A model generated the notes under the pieces. The model did not search any database and had not been told where the DNA came from. It saw only the letters and a list, made by a program, of their open reading frames with translations. The position numbers and the translations under genes are program-made. Of a stretch of 64,000 nucleotides of DNA, positions 1-8,828 are shown in pieces (the first letter of the stretch is position 1; each line of letters opens with the position of its first letter). Source of the DNA: a bacterium (GTDB lineage Bacteria; Patescibacteriota; Minisyncoccia; Phycocordibacterales; UBA2100); assembly GCA_016789445.1 (NCBI GenBank), contig JAEUQT010000001.1:1308-65307 (forward strand). The letters run 5' to 3'.

Positions 1-1
1 C

Positions 2-847
2 AAAGAACTCGAGAAGCGCGGTATCGGTCGCCCGTCCACCTACGCATCCATCATCTCCACGCTCGAAACGCGCGGTTATGTTGAGAAGCAGGGCCGCACG
101 CTCATCCCGACGCACACGGGAGACGTCGTCTCCTCATTCATTGAGGAGCATTTCGGCGATTACATCTCCGACACCTTCACTGCAGAAATGGAGAACGAAC
201 TTGACGAGATCGCGGAAGGTAAGCGCGAATACGCGAAAACGCTCAAGGATTTCTACGGCCCGTTCACGAAAGCCGTGAAGTCAAAGAACAAGATCGAGAA
301 ACTCACCAACATGGGCCCGGCACCGGAAGAATTCAAGTGCCCGACCTGTGACTCGCCGATGGTCTACAAACTCTCGAAGACCGGTCGCTTTATGTCGTGC
401 TCTCGCTTCCCTGACTGCATGGGTGCTCGCAAGGAAGATGGCTCGATCATCGAACCGCCGAAAGAGTTGGAAGAACCGTGCCCACAGTGTGGCAACAAAC
501 TCATCGAGCGCGAAGGCCGCTTCGGTCGCTTCATCGCGTGCTCCACGTATCCGAAATGTAAATTCGTTAAGAAAGATCCTGCTGAAGAAGCACGTGCGAA
601 GACCGGCGTCGCCTGCCCAGTATGTAAGACCGGCGAAATGGTGGAACGCCGCGGCCGCTTCGGACTCTTCTACTCCTGCTCCAACTACCCTGACTGCAAA
701 CACGCCATCAAAGCCAAGCCGACCGGCGCTGTCTGCAAAGAATGCGGAAGCTTGATGATGGAAGGCACTAAAACGATCCCTGAACGCTGCAGCAATAAGA
801 GCTGTCCAATGCATAACCCCCATAAGTTGGGAGGTAAAAAGAAGTAG
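2..847 (+). CDS. topA: DNA topoisomerase I, C-terminal portion (5' end lies outside the window)
   Basis: Frame 2 translates KELEKRGIGRPSTYASIIS...EMENELDEIAEG (Toprim/topo IA core), followed by three to four C4 zinc-ribbon repeats (CPTCDS...CSRFPDC; CPQCG...CSTYPKC; CPVCK...CSNYPDC). Stop TAG at 845-847. Confidence 0.9.
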   Translation, partial: KELEKRGIGRPSTYASIISTLETRGYVEKQGRTLIPTHTGDVVSSFIEEHFGDYISDTFTAEMENELDEIAEGKREYAKTLKDFYGPFTKAVKSKNKIEKLTNMGPAPEEFKCPTCDSPMVYKLSKTGRFMSCSRFPDCMGARKEDGSIIEPPKELEEPCPQCGNKLIEREGRFGRFIACSTYPKCKFVKKDPAEEARAKTGVACPVCKTGEMVERRGRFGLFYSCSNYPDCKHAIKAKPTGAVCKECGSLMMEGTKTIPERCSNKSCPMHNPHKLGGKKK

Positions 848-1025
848 CACGCGACCTTCGTCGCCTGCGCAGCTAGTTTTAGTGAGACGGAAGCATATTT
901 CCTTCAGCAGAAGGAAATGCTGAGTCGGGGTGGCGCAAAAATTTTTGCGACGGGAAAAATTTTATGCGTGACCGAAAACGACCATACAAAGAATGAGCCC
1001 ACCGGAAGTTGGTGGGCTCTGTAAG

Positions 1026-1289
1026 TCAGAGACGAATGCCACAGCTGGGACAATGCAGCGCATGTGCCATACAGCCCTCGAAGCGGCAATGGTGACAGGT
1101 GATCACTGCGTCAGCCGGATCCGGTTTTTCAGGTGACTGCGTCGAGACCATGCCGTGAGTCGCAGGGTCGAATTCGCGCATCTGTTCAGCCATCGAACGA
1201 CGGACCTTTTTCAGTCCCTCTTCTGCCGCGGTACGGATTCCTTCGGCGGCGTCTTGTGAACAGGCAGACGAACCGAAATATCGTGACAT
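1026..1289 (-). CDS. Hypothetical small Cys/His-rich (zinc-ribbon-like) protein
   Basis: ATG at 1289 with GGAGG 6 nt upstream, about 88 aa ending ...CHHCRFEGCMAHALHCPSCGIRL. It is divergent from the relA-like gene. Confidence 0.5.
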   Translation of the reverse strand: MSRYFGSSACSQDAAEGIRTAAEEGLKKVRRSMAEQMREFDPATHGMVSTQSPEKPDPADAVITCHHCRFEGCMAHALHCPSCGIRL

Positions 1290-1302
1290 CTCTTCCTCCG
1301 TG

Positions 1303-1331
1303 TTGGCTAGGTAGCTGCCGAGGAGTATGAT
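1303..1331 (+). promoter_or_regulatory. Sigma70-like promoter (TTGGCT-17-TATGAT) for the relA/spoT-like gene
   Basis: -35 TTGGCT, 17-nt spacer, -10 TATGAT that overlaps the first ATG of the ORF. The mRNA may be leaderless or very short-leadered, with the real start at ATG 1339. Confidence 0.45.
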
Positions 1332-2874
1332 ACACGGTATGACCCCCGTCAAATCCCTCCCCGAGATCCTGAGCGCCATGCAGAGCAAGAGCGAGGCCGA
1401 CGTCGCCTTGGTCACCAAGGCCTACCACTTCGCTGAGAAGGCCCACGAGCCGCAGAAGCGCTATTCCGGGGAGCCCTACTTCATCCACATCGCCCATGTC
1501 GGCCATTCCATCGCGGAGATCGGCATGGATGCCCAGACCATCGCCGCGGGACTCCTCCACGACACCGTCGAAGACGCGCACGTTTCCGAAGACACCATCG
1601 AGCAGGAATTCGGTACCGAAGTGCGTCACATCGTCCACGGCGTCACCAAGCTCGGCGCACTCAAATACCGCGGTATGGAACGCCATACGGAATCGCTGCG
1701 CAAACTCTTCGCCGCGACGGCGGAAGATATCCGCGTCCTCATCGTGAAGCTCCTCGATCGGTTGCATAACGCCCAGACGCTCGAACACGTCCCTGTCGAG
1801 AAGCGCGAACGCATCGCGATGGAAACGCTCGAGATCTACGCACCGATCGCCGATCGCCTCGGTATGAGCGTCATCAAGACCGAGCTCGAAGATGCCGCAT
1901 TCCCCCACGCCTATCCTGAAGAATATGAGAAGACCGTCGAGCTCCTGAAAGAACGCAAGAACGAGAACGAAAAGCGCTTGGAGAAACTGGAAAAGGACGC
2001 GAAGCGCGAACTCGCTGCCGCAGGCATGCGCGAGTTCCGCGCCGATGCACGCGTGAAAGGCATCTACTCTCTCTTCCGCAAACTGGAGCGTAAGGATTGG
2101 GACATCACGAAGATCTACGACATCTTGGCGCTGCGCATCATCGTCCCCAGCGTCGCCGACTGCTACAGCGCGCTGGGCGTCGTCCATAAGCATTGGCGCC
2201 CAGTCCCAGGCAAGATCAAGGACTACATCGCCTTCCCGAAGCCCAACGGCTACCAATCGATCCACACGACCGTGTACACGGGTGACGGCGGTGCAATGGA
2301 GATCCAGATCCGCACCGAGGCGCAGCATCGCGAAGCGCAGTTCGGCATCGCCTCACACCTCACCTACAAGGAAGTGCAGGGCTATGTCGAAGGCAAGCGC
2401 GGTGGCGGTCTCGAATGGATACGCCAATTCATCCCGCTCGGCCGCAAGACGTCTCCCGCGATCTCTCCGGAACCCGCAGAAGGCAAGAGCACCGTTCCTG
2501 ACTGGGTGAAAGATCTTGCACTAGCACACGGCGAAAGCACCGAGTATCTCGAGACCATCAAATCCGATTTCTTCACGCACCGCGTCTTCGTCTTCACGCC
2601 GAAGGCCGACGTCATCGATCTCCCACTGGGGGCTACACCTATCGATTTCGCGTACGCCATCCACTCCGAGATCGCGAATCGCATGTCGGGAGCGAAAGTG
2701 AACGGCAAGATGGTGTCGCTGGACACTCCGCTGCGCAACGGTGACATCGTCGAGATCGTCACGAAACCTGCAGGAAAGCCCTCACGTAAATGGCACGACA
2801 TCGCGAAGACGACGCTCGCGAAAAAAATGATCCGCCAAGCGCTGGCGGCACAGAATCTAAGACATCAAAAATAG
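1327..2874 (+). CDS. relA: Bifunctional (p)ppGpp synthetase/hydrolase, RelA/SpoT homolog (short form with HD + synthetase + TGS domains)
   Basis: HD motif HVGHSIAEIG...LLHDTVED, synthetase motif DILALRIIV...YQSIHTTV and a TGS domain (VFVFTPKADVIDLPLGATPIDFAY). Only 515 aa, with no ACT domain. Confidence 0.9.
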   Translation: MIHGMTPVKSLPEILSAMQSKSEADVALVTKAYHFAEKAHEPQKRYSGEPYFIHIAHVGHSIAEIGMDAQTIAAGLLHDTVEDAHVSEDTIEQEFGTEVRHIVHGVTKLGALKYRGMERHTESLRKLFAATAEDIRVLIVKLLDRLHNAQTLEHVPVEKRERIAMETLEIYAPIADRLGMSVIKTELEDAAFPHAYPEEYEKTVELLKERKNENEKRLEKLEKDAKRELAAAGMREFRADARVKGIYSLFRKLERKDWDITKIYDILALRIIVPSVADCYSALGVVHKHWRPVPGKIKDYIAFPKPNGYQSIHTTVYTGDGGAMEIQIRTEAQHREAQFGIASHLTYKEVQGYVEGKRGGGLEWIRQFIPLGRKTSPAISPEPAEGKSTVPDWVKDLALAHGESTEYLETIKSDFFTHRVFVFTPKADVIDLPLGATPIDFAYAIHSEIANRMSGAKVNGKMVSLDTPLRNGDIVEIVTKPAGKPSRKWHDIAKTTLAKKMIRQALAAQNLRHQK

Positions 2875-2910
2875 CACCCTCGTCATAAACGAGGGTGCCG
2901 AGGATTACGA

Positions 2911-3378
2911 TCAGGCCGCGTTTTTCGCTTGCTGAAGCGAGTCGAGCCAGATCTTCGCGATATTCTTCTCCATAGTAAAGAACACGTCCTCATTCAGTGC
3001 CCACCACGCGACAGGCAACCGCGAGAACTCTTCTGCGATAAGGGCTGTACCGCGCCGACCCTTCCGGGTAATCACGGCATCAAGACGTGACACTTCCTTG
3101 GTCCGGCAATTCCTGTCGAACCACTTTTGGAGACGCAGTCCCACGGAGTCGATCATCTTCATCGGAGCGACGATGTGGAACGTGGCTTCCGTGTCGAACG
3201 CTTTTATGACGACGCTCGACATGGTTGGATTCGATGCTGACATACTCTGCCGAGCCCGAGGCAGCGCGCCGAATTCGAACTCGGCGGCACCCATGTAATC
3301 GAAACTGAGATGCTCGAGTTTCGTTACCTGAGTATGACCAGCAGCGAGCTCGAGACGTTGTACAAGCCAGAATTCCAT
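2911..3378 (-). CDS. Hypothetical protein
   Basis: 155-aa ORF in the typical coding frame, with no motif I can recognise. Confidence 0.45.
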   Translation of the reverse strand: MEFWLVQRLELAAGHTQVTKLEHLSFDYMGAAEFEFGALPRARQSMSASNPTMSSVVIKAFDTEATFHIVAPMKMIDSVGLRLQKWFDRNCRTKEVSRLDAVITRKGRRGTALIAEEFSRLPVAWWALNEDVFFTMEKNIAKIWLDSLQQAKNAA

Positions 3379-3461
3379 TCAAGCCTCCTGTATTCGAGGT
3401 TGCGATTTCAACCTCTGTTTATATTATACACTATATAAATTAATTGTCAATTCACTGGAAC

Positions 3462-4433
3462 TTAAACGGTGAAATTTCGAGCTGAGTATAGATCGTCAGC
3501 AGGTTCTTCGGGAGGCAGCAGTTCCGCCGCTATCTCCGGCGGTGTCGCTTCCTGCATCGCTTCTGCGGGCGTAAGGTCAGAGGTAACAGAAGCTTCGCGC
3601 TTCGCAATCAAATCACGCAGGTGTGCGAGATCCTCCGCAGAAAAGAATTCCACGATAAGCTTCCCCGCACCCTTCTCCTTCTTCTCGATGCGCACGCGCG
3701 TACCGAGCGAATCCGAAAGCTCCCGCTCGAGCGTGAGTAATTCCGGTGTCAGGTCGCCCTTGCGGGTCTTCTCCGTCGCGATGCGGCGCGCAAGCTGCTC
3801 GGTGTCGCGCACATTCAATCGTTTCAATTTGATGTCTTCAAAGAGCACGCGCTGCTCTTCCGGACGCTCCTGGAGCATAAGGAGCGGACGCGTATGACCC
3901 TCGGTGATCTCACCGGAGACGACCGCATCTTGGATATCCTGCGGCAGAAGGAGGATGCGGAGCGAGTTCGAGACGTATTCGCGGCTCTTACCGACCTTCT
4001 TGCCGATCTCCGCATGCTTCAGGCTGAACTGATCGACAAGCTGTTTGAATGCCTTCGCGCGATCCACCGCATTGAGATCCTCGCGCTGGAGGTTCTCGAT
4101 GATCGCGAGTTCGAGCTTCATCTGGTCACTGTCTTCCGCGCGACGGATGACGACCGGCACCTGGTAGAGACCCGCCAGTTTCGATGCGCGCAGACGGCGT
4201 TCGCCAGCGATGAGTTCGTACTCGACACGGATTCCCTCACCCGGAATCTCGGTCTCCTTACGCGTCACGGTGAGCGGCTGCAAGACGCCGTACTGACGGA
4301 TGCTCTCCGCAAGCGATGCAAGCGCCATCTGGTCGAATTCCTTACGCGGCTGGTACGGATTCGGCTTGATGCGATCCACCTCTACCCAGTAGATGGAATT
4401 GTCGTACAGCGCCTTTCCTGGAATTTCCTCCAT
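3462..4433 (-). CDS. parB: Chromosome partitioning protein ParB/Spo0J
   Basis: ParB N-terminal box KPNPYQPRKEF...GVLQPLTV...LIAGERRLRASKLAG, an HTH region and an acidic C-terminal tail. Confidence 0.9.
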   Translation of the reverse strand: MEEIPGKALYDNSIYWVEVDRIKPNPYQPRKEFDQMALASLAESIRQYGVLQPLTVTRKETEIPGEGIRVEYELIAGERRLRASKLAGLYQVPVVIRRAEDSDQMKLELAIIENLQREDLNAVDRAKAFKQLVDQFSLKHAEIGKKVGKSREYVSNSLRILLLPQDIQDAVVSGEITEGHTRPLLMLQERPEEQRVLFEDIKLKRLNVRDTEQLARRIATEKTRKGDLTPELLTLERELSDSLGTRVRIEKKEKGAGKLIVEFFSAEDLAHLRDLIAKREASVTSDLTPAEAMQEATPPEIAAELLPPEEPADDLYSARNFTV

Positions 4434-4465
4434 ATCGAGAGGATTATATCACGGTGCCGGAAGAA

Positions 4466-4624
4466 GCTCGGTCACGGATAATTTCCTCGCCGACGCTCGG
4501 GAATTTCCGCGACCCCGGCTCGCGGTCCTGCCTGCTAGCGGGACATCGCTCCGCCTTTCGAGTCTCTCACAGACAGCGCATTGGCGCTGTCTTTTCCGGC
4601 ACCGCTTTCGCGATGCTCAATCGG
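4466..4624 (-). repeat. Type-A composite structured repeat, immediately downstream of tRNA-Leu(CAA)
   Basis: Contains GACTCGAAAGGCGGAGCGATGT...CCGCGAGCCGGGGTCGCGGAAATT...ATTATCCGTGACCGAGC and the hairpin GACAGCGCcaatGCGCTGTC. It is near-identical in architecture to 19041-19196. Confidence 0.75.
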
Positions 4625-4707
4625 TGCCGGAAGAGAGACTCGAACTCTCAAGGGGTTGCCCCCGCACGATTTTGAGTCGTGTGCGTATACCATTCCGCCA
4701 TTCCGGC
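4625..4707 (-). tRNA. tRNA-Leu (anticodon CAA)
   Basis: Reverse complement reads GCCGGAATGGCGGAATGGTATACGC-ACACGACTCAAAATCGTGC-long variable arm-GAGAGTTCGAGTCTCTCTTCCGGCA, with acceptor GCCGGAA/TTCCGGC and anticodon loop cuCAAaa. Confidence 0.85.
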
Positions 4708-4800
4708 TTGTATGAAGCCAAACATCAGGATTCTAGCCTTTCTAGGCTCATTCTGCTAGGCTGCCCGAAGCCAATAGTGGCTCAAAAAGAGGTGAATAGG

Positions 4801-5544
4801 ATGCTGAAACTCGAATCGTTCCAGCGCATACTCCCCGCCTTCGACAAGAGCTCGATGCTCGTCAAAGACTACGAGCTTCTCGAGATGCTCTATCCGTTCA
4901 TCGGCGGCGTGAAGATCGGTCTGGAGGCCATCAACGCTCCGATGCCGGATCACTCGATGCATGTCGGTGACAATCTGCGGAAGTTCGTGCAGACCCGCGC
5001 CGTACCCGTGATGTGGGACGTCAAACTGAACGACATCCCCAATACGGTCGGCGGCGCAGTTGCCAACATTACGCGTAAGCGGGTGTGGGGTATCACGGTC
5101 ATGGCGAGCGCCGGTATCGACGCAGTACGGGCAGCGGTCGCTAAGCGTGCGGATGCGAATATCATCGGCGTCACGGTTCTGACGTCGATGTCACCCGAGG
5201 AGTGCAAAGCCATCTACGGTCGCATTCCAACCGCGCAGGTTTCGTATTTCGCGGAGACTCTCTTCGAAGCTGGCGCGCAGGCAATCGTCTGTTCCCCGCT
5301 CGAGCTTGAAGTCGTCCGGAAAACGATCGGCGACAAGCTGTTCTGCATCACACCGGGAATCCGTCGAAAAGACGCTCCGGCTGACGACCAGAACCGCACG
5401 ATGTCTGCAGGAGACGCCATCAAGGCGGGTGCGGATTACCTCGTCATCGGCCGCCCTATCATGGGCGCGGAGGATCCGGCGGGAGCGGCACGCGCCTTCT
5501 GCGACGAAATCGCAGCGGCAAGCGCTAACCTCTCGATGGTCTAG
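4801..5544 (+). CDS. pyrF: Orotidine 5'-phosphate decarboxylase
   Basis: AGGTGA RBS then ATG at 4801. Product MLKLESFQ...KDAPADDQNRTMSAGDAIKAGADYLVIGRPI matches OMP decarboxylase signatures. The ORF-track start at 4393 would run through the antisense of tRNA-Leu and is not credible. Confidence 0.85.
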   Translation: MLKLESFQRILPAFDKSSMLVKDYELLEMLYPFIGGVKIGLEAINAPMPDHSMHVGDNLRKFVQTRAVPVMWDVKLNDIPNTVGGAVANITRKRVWGITVMASAGIDAVRAAVAKRADANIIGVTVLTSMSPEECKAIYGRIPTAQVSYFAETLFEAGAQAIVCSPLELEVVRKTIGDKLFCITPGIRRKDAPADDQNRTMSAGDAIKAGADYLVIGRPIMGAEDPAGAARAFCDEIAAASANLSMV

Positions 5545-5640
5545 TTCTTTCAACTTCACAGGCGGCCGCAAGGTCGCCTGTTTCTTTTTGCGCATGCACG
5601 CGGTATGCTCGCTGAGGTCAATAGAAACAGGAGTCAGACC

Positions 5641-6309
5641 ATGAGTGAACAATCCGTCTGGGATACGCTCCGAGATATGGGAGCAATCCTCAAGGACGAC
5701 CACTTCGTCTACACTAAGGGCGGCCACGGCAGCGAGTACGTCAACAAGGACGCACTTTTCATGCATCCCGCGGGCTTCTCGAAACTCTGCAGCATGATCG
5801 CTGACGAGTTCCGGGATATGTTCGGGACTCCGCTTCCTGATGTGGTCCTCGGACCAGCGGTTGGCGGCGCGCTTGTCGCGCAGCAGGTCGCATACCATCT
5901 CGGCGCGAACTCTCGATCGAAGCCATTGGCTATTTACGCCGACAAGGAAGGTGATGGATTCGTCCTAAAGCGCGGATACGATGAAAAAGTGCCGGGCAAG
6001 AAGATCCTTATCGTCGAGGATATCCTCAACACCGGAGGTTCCGTGAAGCAGGTTGTCGAACTTGCACGTACGCATGGCGGCGACGTCATCGGCGTCGGCG
6101 CCATCTGCAATCGTGGCGATGTGCGCATCGTCGACATCGGCAAGCCACCGAAATTATTCAGCGTCGTCTCGACGCGGATGGTCATGTACGATTCCAGCCA
6201 ATGTCCGCTCTGTGCGGAAGGGCGACCGATCAATACCAAGATCGGCAAAGGCAAGGAATACGTCGAGAAACACGGCCAGCCTAAGGTTCCTGATTACGAA
6301 GATTCCTAA
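5641..6309 (+). CDS. pyrE: Orotate phosphoribosyltransferase-like (type I PRTase)
   Basis: AGGAG RBS then ATG 5641. PRPP-binding motif ILIVEDILNTGGSVKQVVE. It is adjacent to pyrF. Confidence 0.75.
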   Translation: MSEQSVWDTLRDMGAILKDDHFVYTKGGHGSEYVNKDALFMHPAGFSKLCSMIADEFRDMFGTPLPDVVLGPAVGGALVAQQVAYHLGANSRSKPLAIYADKEGDGFVLKRGYDEKVPGKKILIVEDILNTGGSVKQVVELARTHGGDVIGVGAICNRGDVRIVDIGKPPKLFSVVSTRMVMYDSSQCPLCAEGRPINTKIGKGKEYVEKHGQPKVPDYEDS

Positions 6310-6312
6310 TGA

Positions 6313-6348
6313 CCGCGGACGGCATCCTTGCCGTCCGCTTTTCTTTTA
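6313..6348 (+). terminator. Rho-independent terminator after pyrE
   Basis: GCGGACGGCATCCTTGCCGTCCGC followed by TTTTCTTTT. Confidence 0.7.
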
Positions 6349-6363
6349 TGCAGTATGCGGTGG

Positions 6364-7200
6364 ATGCAGAAGATAATAGTCATAGTCGGTCCTACCGCCT
6401 CGGGCAAAAGTTCCCTTGCGGTCAAGCTCGCCAAGAAACTGAAAGGCGAAGTCATTTCTGCTGATTCGCGACAGGTCTACAAAGGACTGGACATCGGCAC
6501 CGGCAAGATCACGAAAAAAGAGATGCAGGGTGTGCCGCACCACCTGCTCGATGTCGCTTCGCCCAAGAAAGTGTTCACCGCCAACGAATTCGTGGAACTC
6601 GGCCGTAAAGCGATCGACGACATCATCTCCCGCGGCAAAATGCCCATCATCTGCGGCGGCACCGGTTTTTATATCGACGCCCTTCTCGGCCGCATCGCAC
6701 TCCCTGCCGTACCACCGAATCCGAAACTTCGCGCGCAGCTCGCAAAGAAAACCGCCGCTCAGCTTTTCGCAATGCTCACAAAGCTCGACCCGCGCCGCGC
6801 AAAAGATATTGATGCACAGAATCCCGTACGCCTTATCCGTGCCATCGAGATCGCCAAAGCACTCGGTAACGTCCCCGCCTCGAAACCCGAGCCGCTTCCC
6901 TACGCAATCGAATGGATCGGCCTCAAGCCTGATGAAAAGAAACTCCGCACGAAGATACACAAACGTCTCCACGACCGCATGAAATCCGGCATGCTCCGCG
7001 AAGCAGGGCGCCTACATAACGCCGGACTCTCCTACAAGCGAATGGATCAGCTCGGTCTCGAATATCGTTACCTCGCGCTCCGTATGCAGAAGAAGATCGA
7101 CAAGGCAGCAATGCTCGAAAAGCTCGAGAACGAGATCTGGCAGTACGCGAAACGGCAGCTCACCTACTTCAAGAAGAATCCGGAAATCGAATGGCGCTAG
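6364..7200 (+). CDS. miaA: tRNA dimethylallyltransferase
   Basis: P-loop IIVIVGPTASGKSSLA..., ISADSRQVYKGLDIGT, typical MiaA length. Confidence 0.85.
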   Translation: MQKIIVIVGPTASGKSSLAVKLAKKLKGEVISADSRQVYKGLDIGTGKITKKEMQGVPHHLLDVASPKKVFTANEFVELGRKAIDDIISRGKMPIICGGTGFYIDALLGRIALPAVPPNPKLRAQLAKKTAAQLFAMLTKLDPRRAKDIDAQNPVRLIRAIEIAKALGNVPASKPEPLPYAIEWIGLKPDEKKLRTKIHKRLHDRMKSGMLREAGRLHNAGLSYKRMDQLGLEYRYLALRMQKKIDKAAMLEKLENEIWQYAKRQLTYFKKNPEIEWR

Positions 7201-7278
7201 AATCCATGCAACTATCCATGCTTTACAACGTACTGTAGTGTGATATAATACTTACAGGATTTGAGAGAGGAGGTTTCG

Positions 7279-7476
7279 ATGAAGAAACGCAGACCGATCA
7301 AGCAGAAGAAGAAGCCGGTTCAGAAACAAATTCAGCTGCCGGCTCAAGCTGCATCCAATCCTGCTACCCCAAACACGTTCTCGCTCCACCGCACGAACGG
7401 CAGAGAGCGTCAACATCGAGATCGAGGGCACGCCTTCGGTACCGATCGCTGGCATCAAATTAGTGCCGGAAACTAG
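7279..7476 (+). CDS. Hypothetical small, highly basic protein (65 aa)
   Basis: TATAAT at 7244-7249, GGAGG RBS 5 nt before ATG 7279, product MKKRRPIKQKKKPVQKQ..., and a clean terminator right after it. Confidence 0.45.
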   Translation: MKKRRPIKQKKKPVQKQIQLPAQAASNPATPNTFSLHRTNGRERQHRDRGHAFGTDRWHQISAGN

Positions 7477-7486
7477 GACCTTTTTG

Positions 7487-7520
7487 AAAGCCGCGCGAAT
7501 TACTTCGCGCGGCTTTTTTT
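7487..7520 (+). terminator. Rho-independent terminator
   Basis: AAAGCCGCGCGAATTACTTCGCGCGGCTTTTTTT. Confidence 0.8.
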
Positions 7521-7530
7521 GGATCGTTGC

Positions 7531-7672
7531 GGTCACAACTCTCACTCTCGCCGTAGCTCGAGTTCGGTCGCGACCCCGCCTCGTCCGTTTCGCCTACTGG
7601 CGAAACATACCTCCGGCTCCCGCAAAAGCACAAAGACAGCACGCAGGTGCTGTCTTGTGTGTATTTTGCGGG
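7531..7672 (-). repeat. Type-A structured repeat (reverse orientation) in the 3' region of the AOX-like gene
   Basis: Reverse complement reads CAAAA-ACACACAAGACAGCACctgcGTGCTGTCTTTGTGCTTTTG...ATGTTTCGCCagtagGCGAAAC-GGACGAGGCGGGGTCGCGACC...GTGACC. The same modules occur at 19684-19890. Confidence 0.7.
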
Positions 7673-7757
7673 GACACCAGGAACCTAACCGTCCGCAGCG
7701 CCTCGGCGAGATGCAGAGAAGCACTCCCTGTGCCGGAGCCCCGTTTGGATGTCTCCG

Positions 7758-8456
7758 TTAATCCTTAACTATCTCCCGTATCGAGGTATTGCGATGGATT
7801 ATCTCGTCGTTGCGTATGGAACGGAAGAATTCATACTGGTTACGCGGATTGCGCCCGTACCATGTTAAAAATTCTGATTCTATCGATTTCCCCTTCAATT
7901 TCTCTCCCCACGTTTCAAGAAAGCGGCTATATTGCTCGAACGCGTGGTTCTCGAACATATAGTTGAGCTCATACGACCATTTCGGATTCAGTAGGTAGAG
8001 GATGTAGGACCACCAGAAGTAGAAAAACGCGAAAAGCATCGGGATGAGGGTGTGGAGGATATACCCTGCCTTCTCGCCCTCTTTCCGTGCGATATGTGAG
8101 ATGACGACGACATGCATCGTTTCATTGTCCTGCGCGATACGTGCGTACTTAGCGATATTCGAAAGCTTCATCGCTTTCTGTTCGTCGGTATAGGTGGCGG
8201 TAAGCATAGTGAAGGCCGCCGACGCCCACGAATGATATGGGACGCGTGCAATCACCTCGACGGCGCGGAATTTGAGATACGACGGTTCGTGTCCGTAGAA
8301 CGTGTTACCGAGGATCACAAGCCACTTACCGAGAAGTTTCGGCAGGAACGCGGGTTTATAGTCGTCGTAGGGTCGCTTGTATTCCGCCAACTGATCGGGA
8401 TCATTCAGCTGCTGATTCAATGCCTCGAGATCGGTATCACCTCTTTGGAGCTCCAT
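7758..8456 (-). CDS. Alternative oxidase/plastoquinol terminal oxidase-like di-iron carboxylate protein
   Basis: Four helix motifs in AOX order: AVEVIARVP, DNETMHVVV (E-x-x-H), MFENHAFEQY (E..H) and RNDEIIHRN (D-E-x-x-H). Length 232 aa. Confidence 0.65.
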   Translation of the reverse strand: MELQRGDTDLEALNQQLNDPDQLAEYKRPYDDYKPAFLPKLLGKWLVILGNTFYGHEPSYLKFRAVEVIARVPYHSWASAAFTMLTATYTDEQKAMKLSNIAKYARIAQDNETMHVVVISHIARKEGEKAGYILHTLIPMLFAFFYFWWSYILYLLNPKWSYELNYMFENHAFEQYSRFLETWGEKLKGKSIESEFLTWYGRNPRNQYEFFRSIRNDEIIHRNTSIREIVKD

Positions 8457-8617
8457 GGTTGGGATTGTATACGCTTATGAAGAAACGTTCTAGACGCCGA
8501 TTTCTAATTCACCTGGGTTCGAATCCCTTTCGGGTACGAACCCCTCCGGGAATAGAACTAGCTGAATAGTGGCTTAAAACCATGCATCAGCATACCTCCG
8601 ATACTTTTTGCTTTGAG

Positions 8618-8688
8618 CGGGCCCACTAGGAATCGAACCTAGGCTAACGGTTTTGGAGACCGATGTACTACCATTATACGATGGACCC
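8618..8688 (-). tRNA. tRNA-Trp (anticodon CCA)
   Basis: Reverse complement reads GGGTCCA-TC-GTATAATGGTAGTAC-A-TCGGTCTCCAAAACCGT-TAGCC-TAGGTTCGATTCCTA-GTGGGCCC-G, with anticodon loop cuCCAaa. Confidence 0.8.
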
Positions 8689-8828
8689 TAACGAGGATCG
8701 GAAGAGAAAGCTTGCTTTCTCTTTCTCCGAGTGACGGGTTCATACGATCCTCTAGTATGGACCCTTCGGGACTGAGTATAGAACCTGGAATGCTAAGCGC
8801 CAATACGCACCACGTGCACCACTAGCAG

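Noticed and set aside
1186-2328. 380-aa - strand ORF
   Set aside because: Antisense to the RelA/SpoT gene, which has HD and synthetase motifs on the + strand.
3380-3461. Possible parS site in the AT-rich region next to parB
   Set aside because: No match to the TGTTTCACGTGAAACA palindrome or a close variant. The region looks like an ordinary AT-rich promoter region.
4393-4800. N-terminal 136-codon extension of the pyrF ORF given in the ORF track
   Set aside because: The extension runs antisense through tRNA-Leu(CAA) and the type-A repeat. A proper RBS and ATG exist at 4801, where the OMP-decarboxylase homology begins.
8500-8560. tRNA/tmRNA-like T-arm GGGTTCGAATCCC
   Set aside because: No acceptor stem, D-arm or anticodon arm can be built around it on either strand, and no tmRNA tag-reading frame or 3' ACCA is present.
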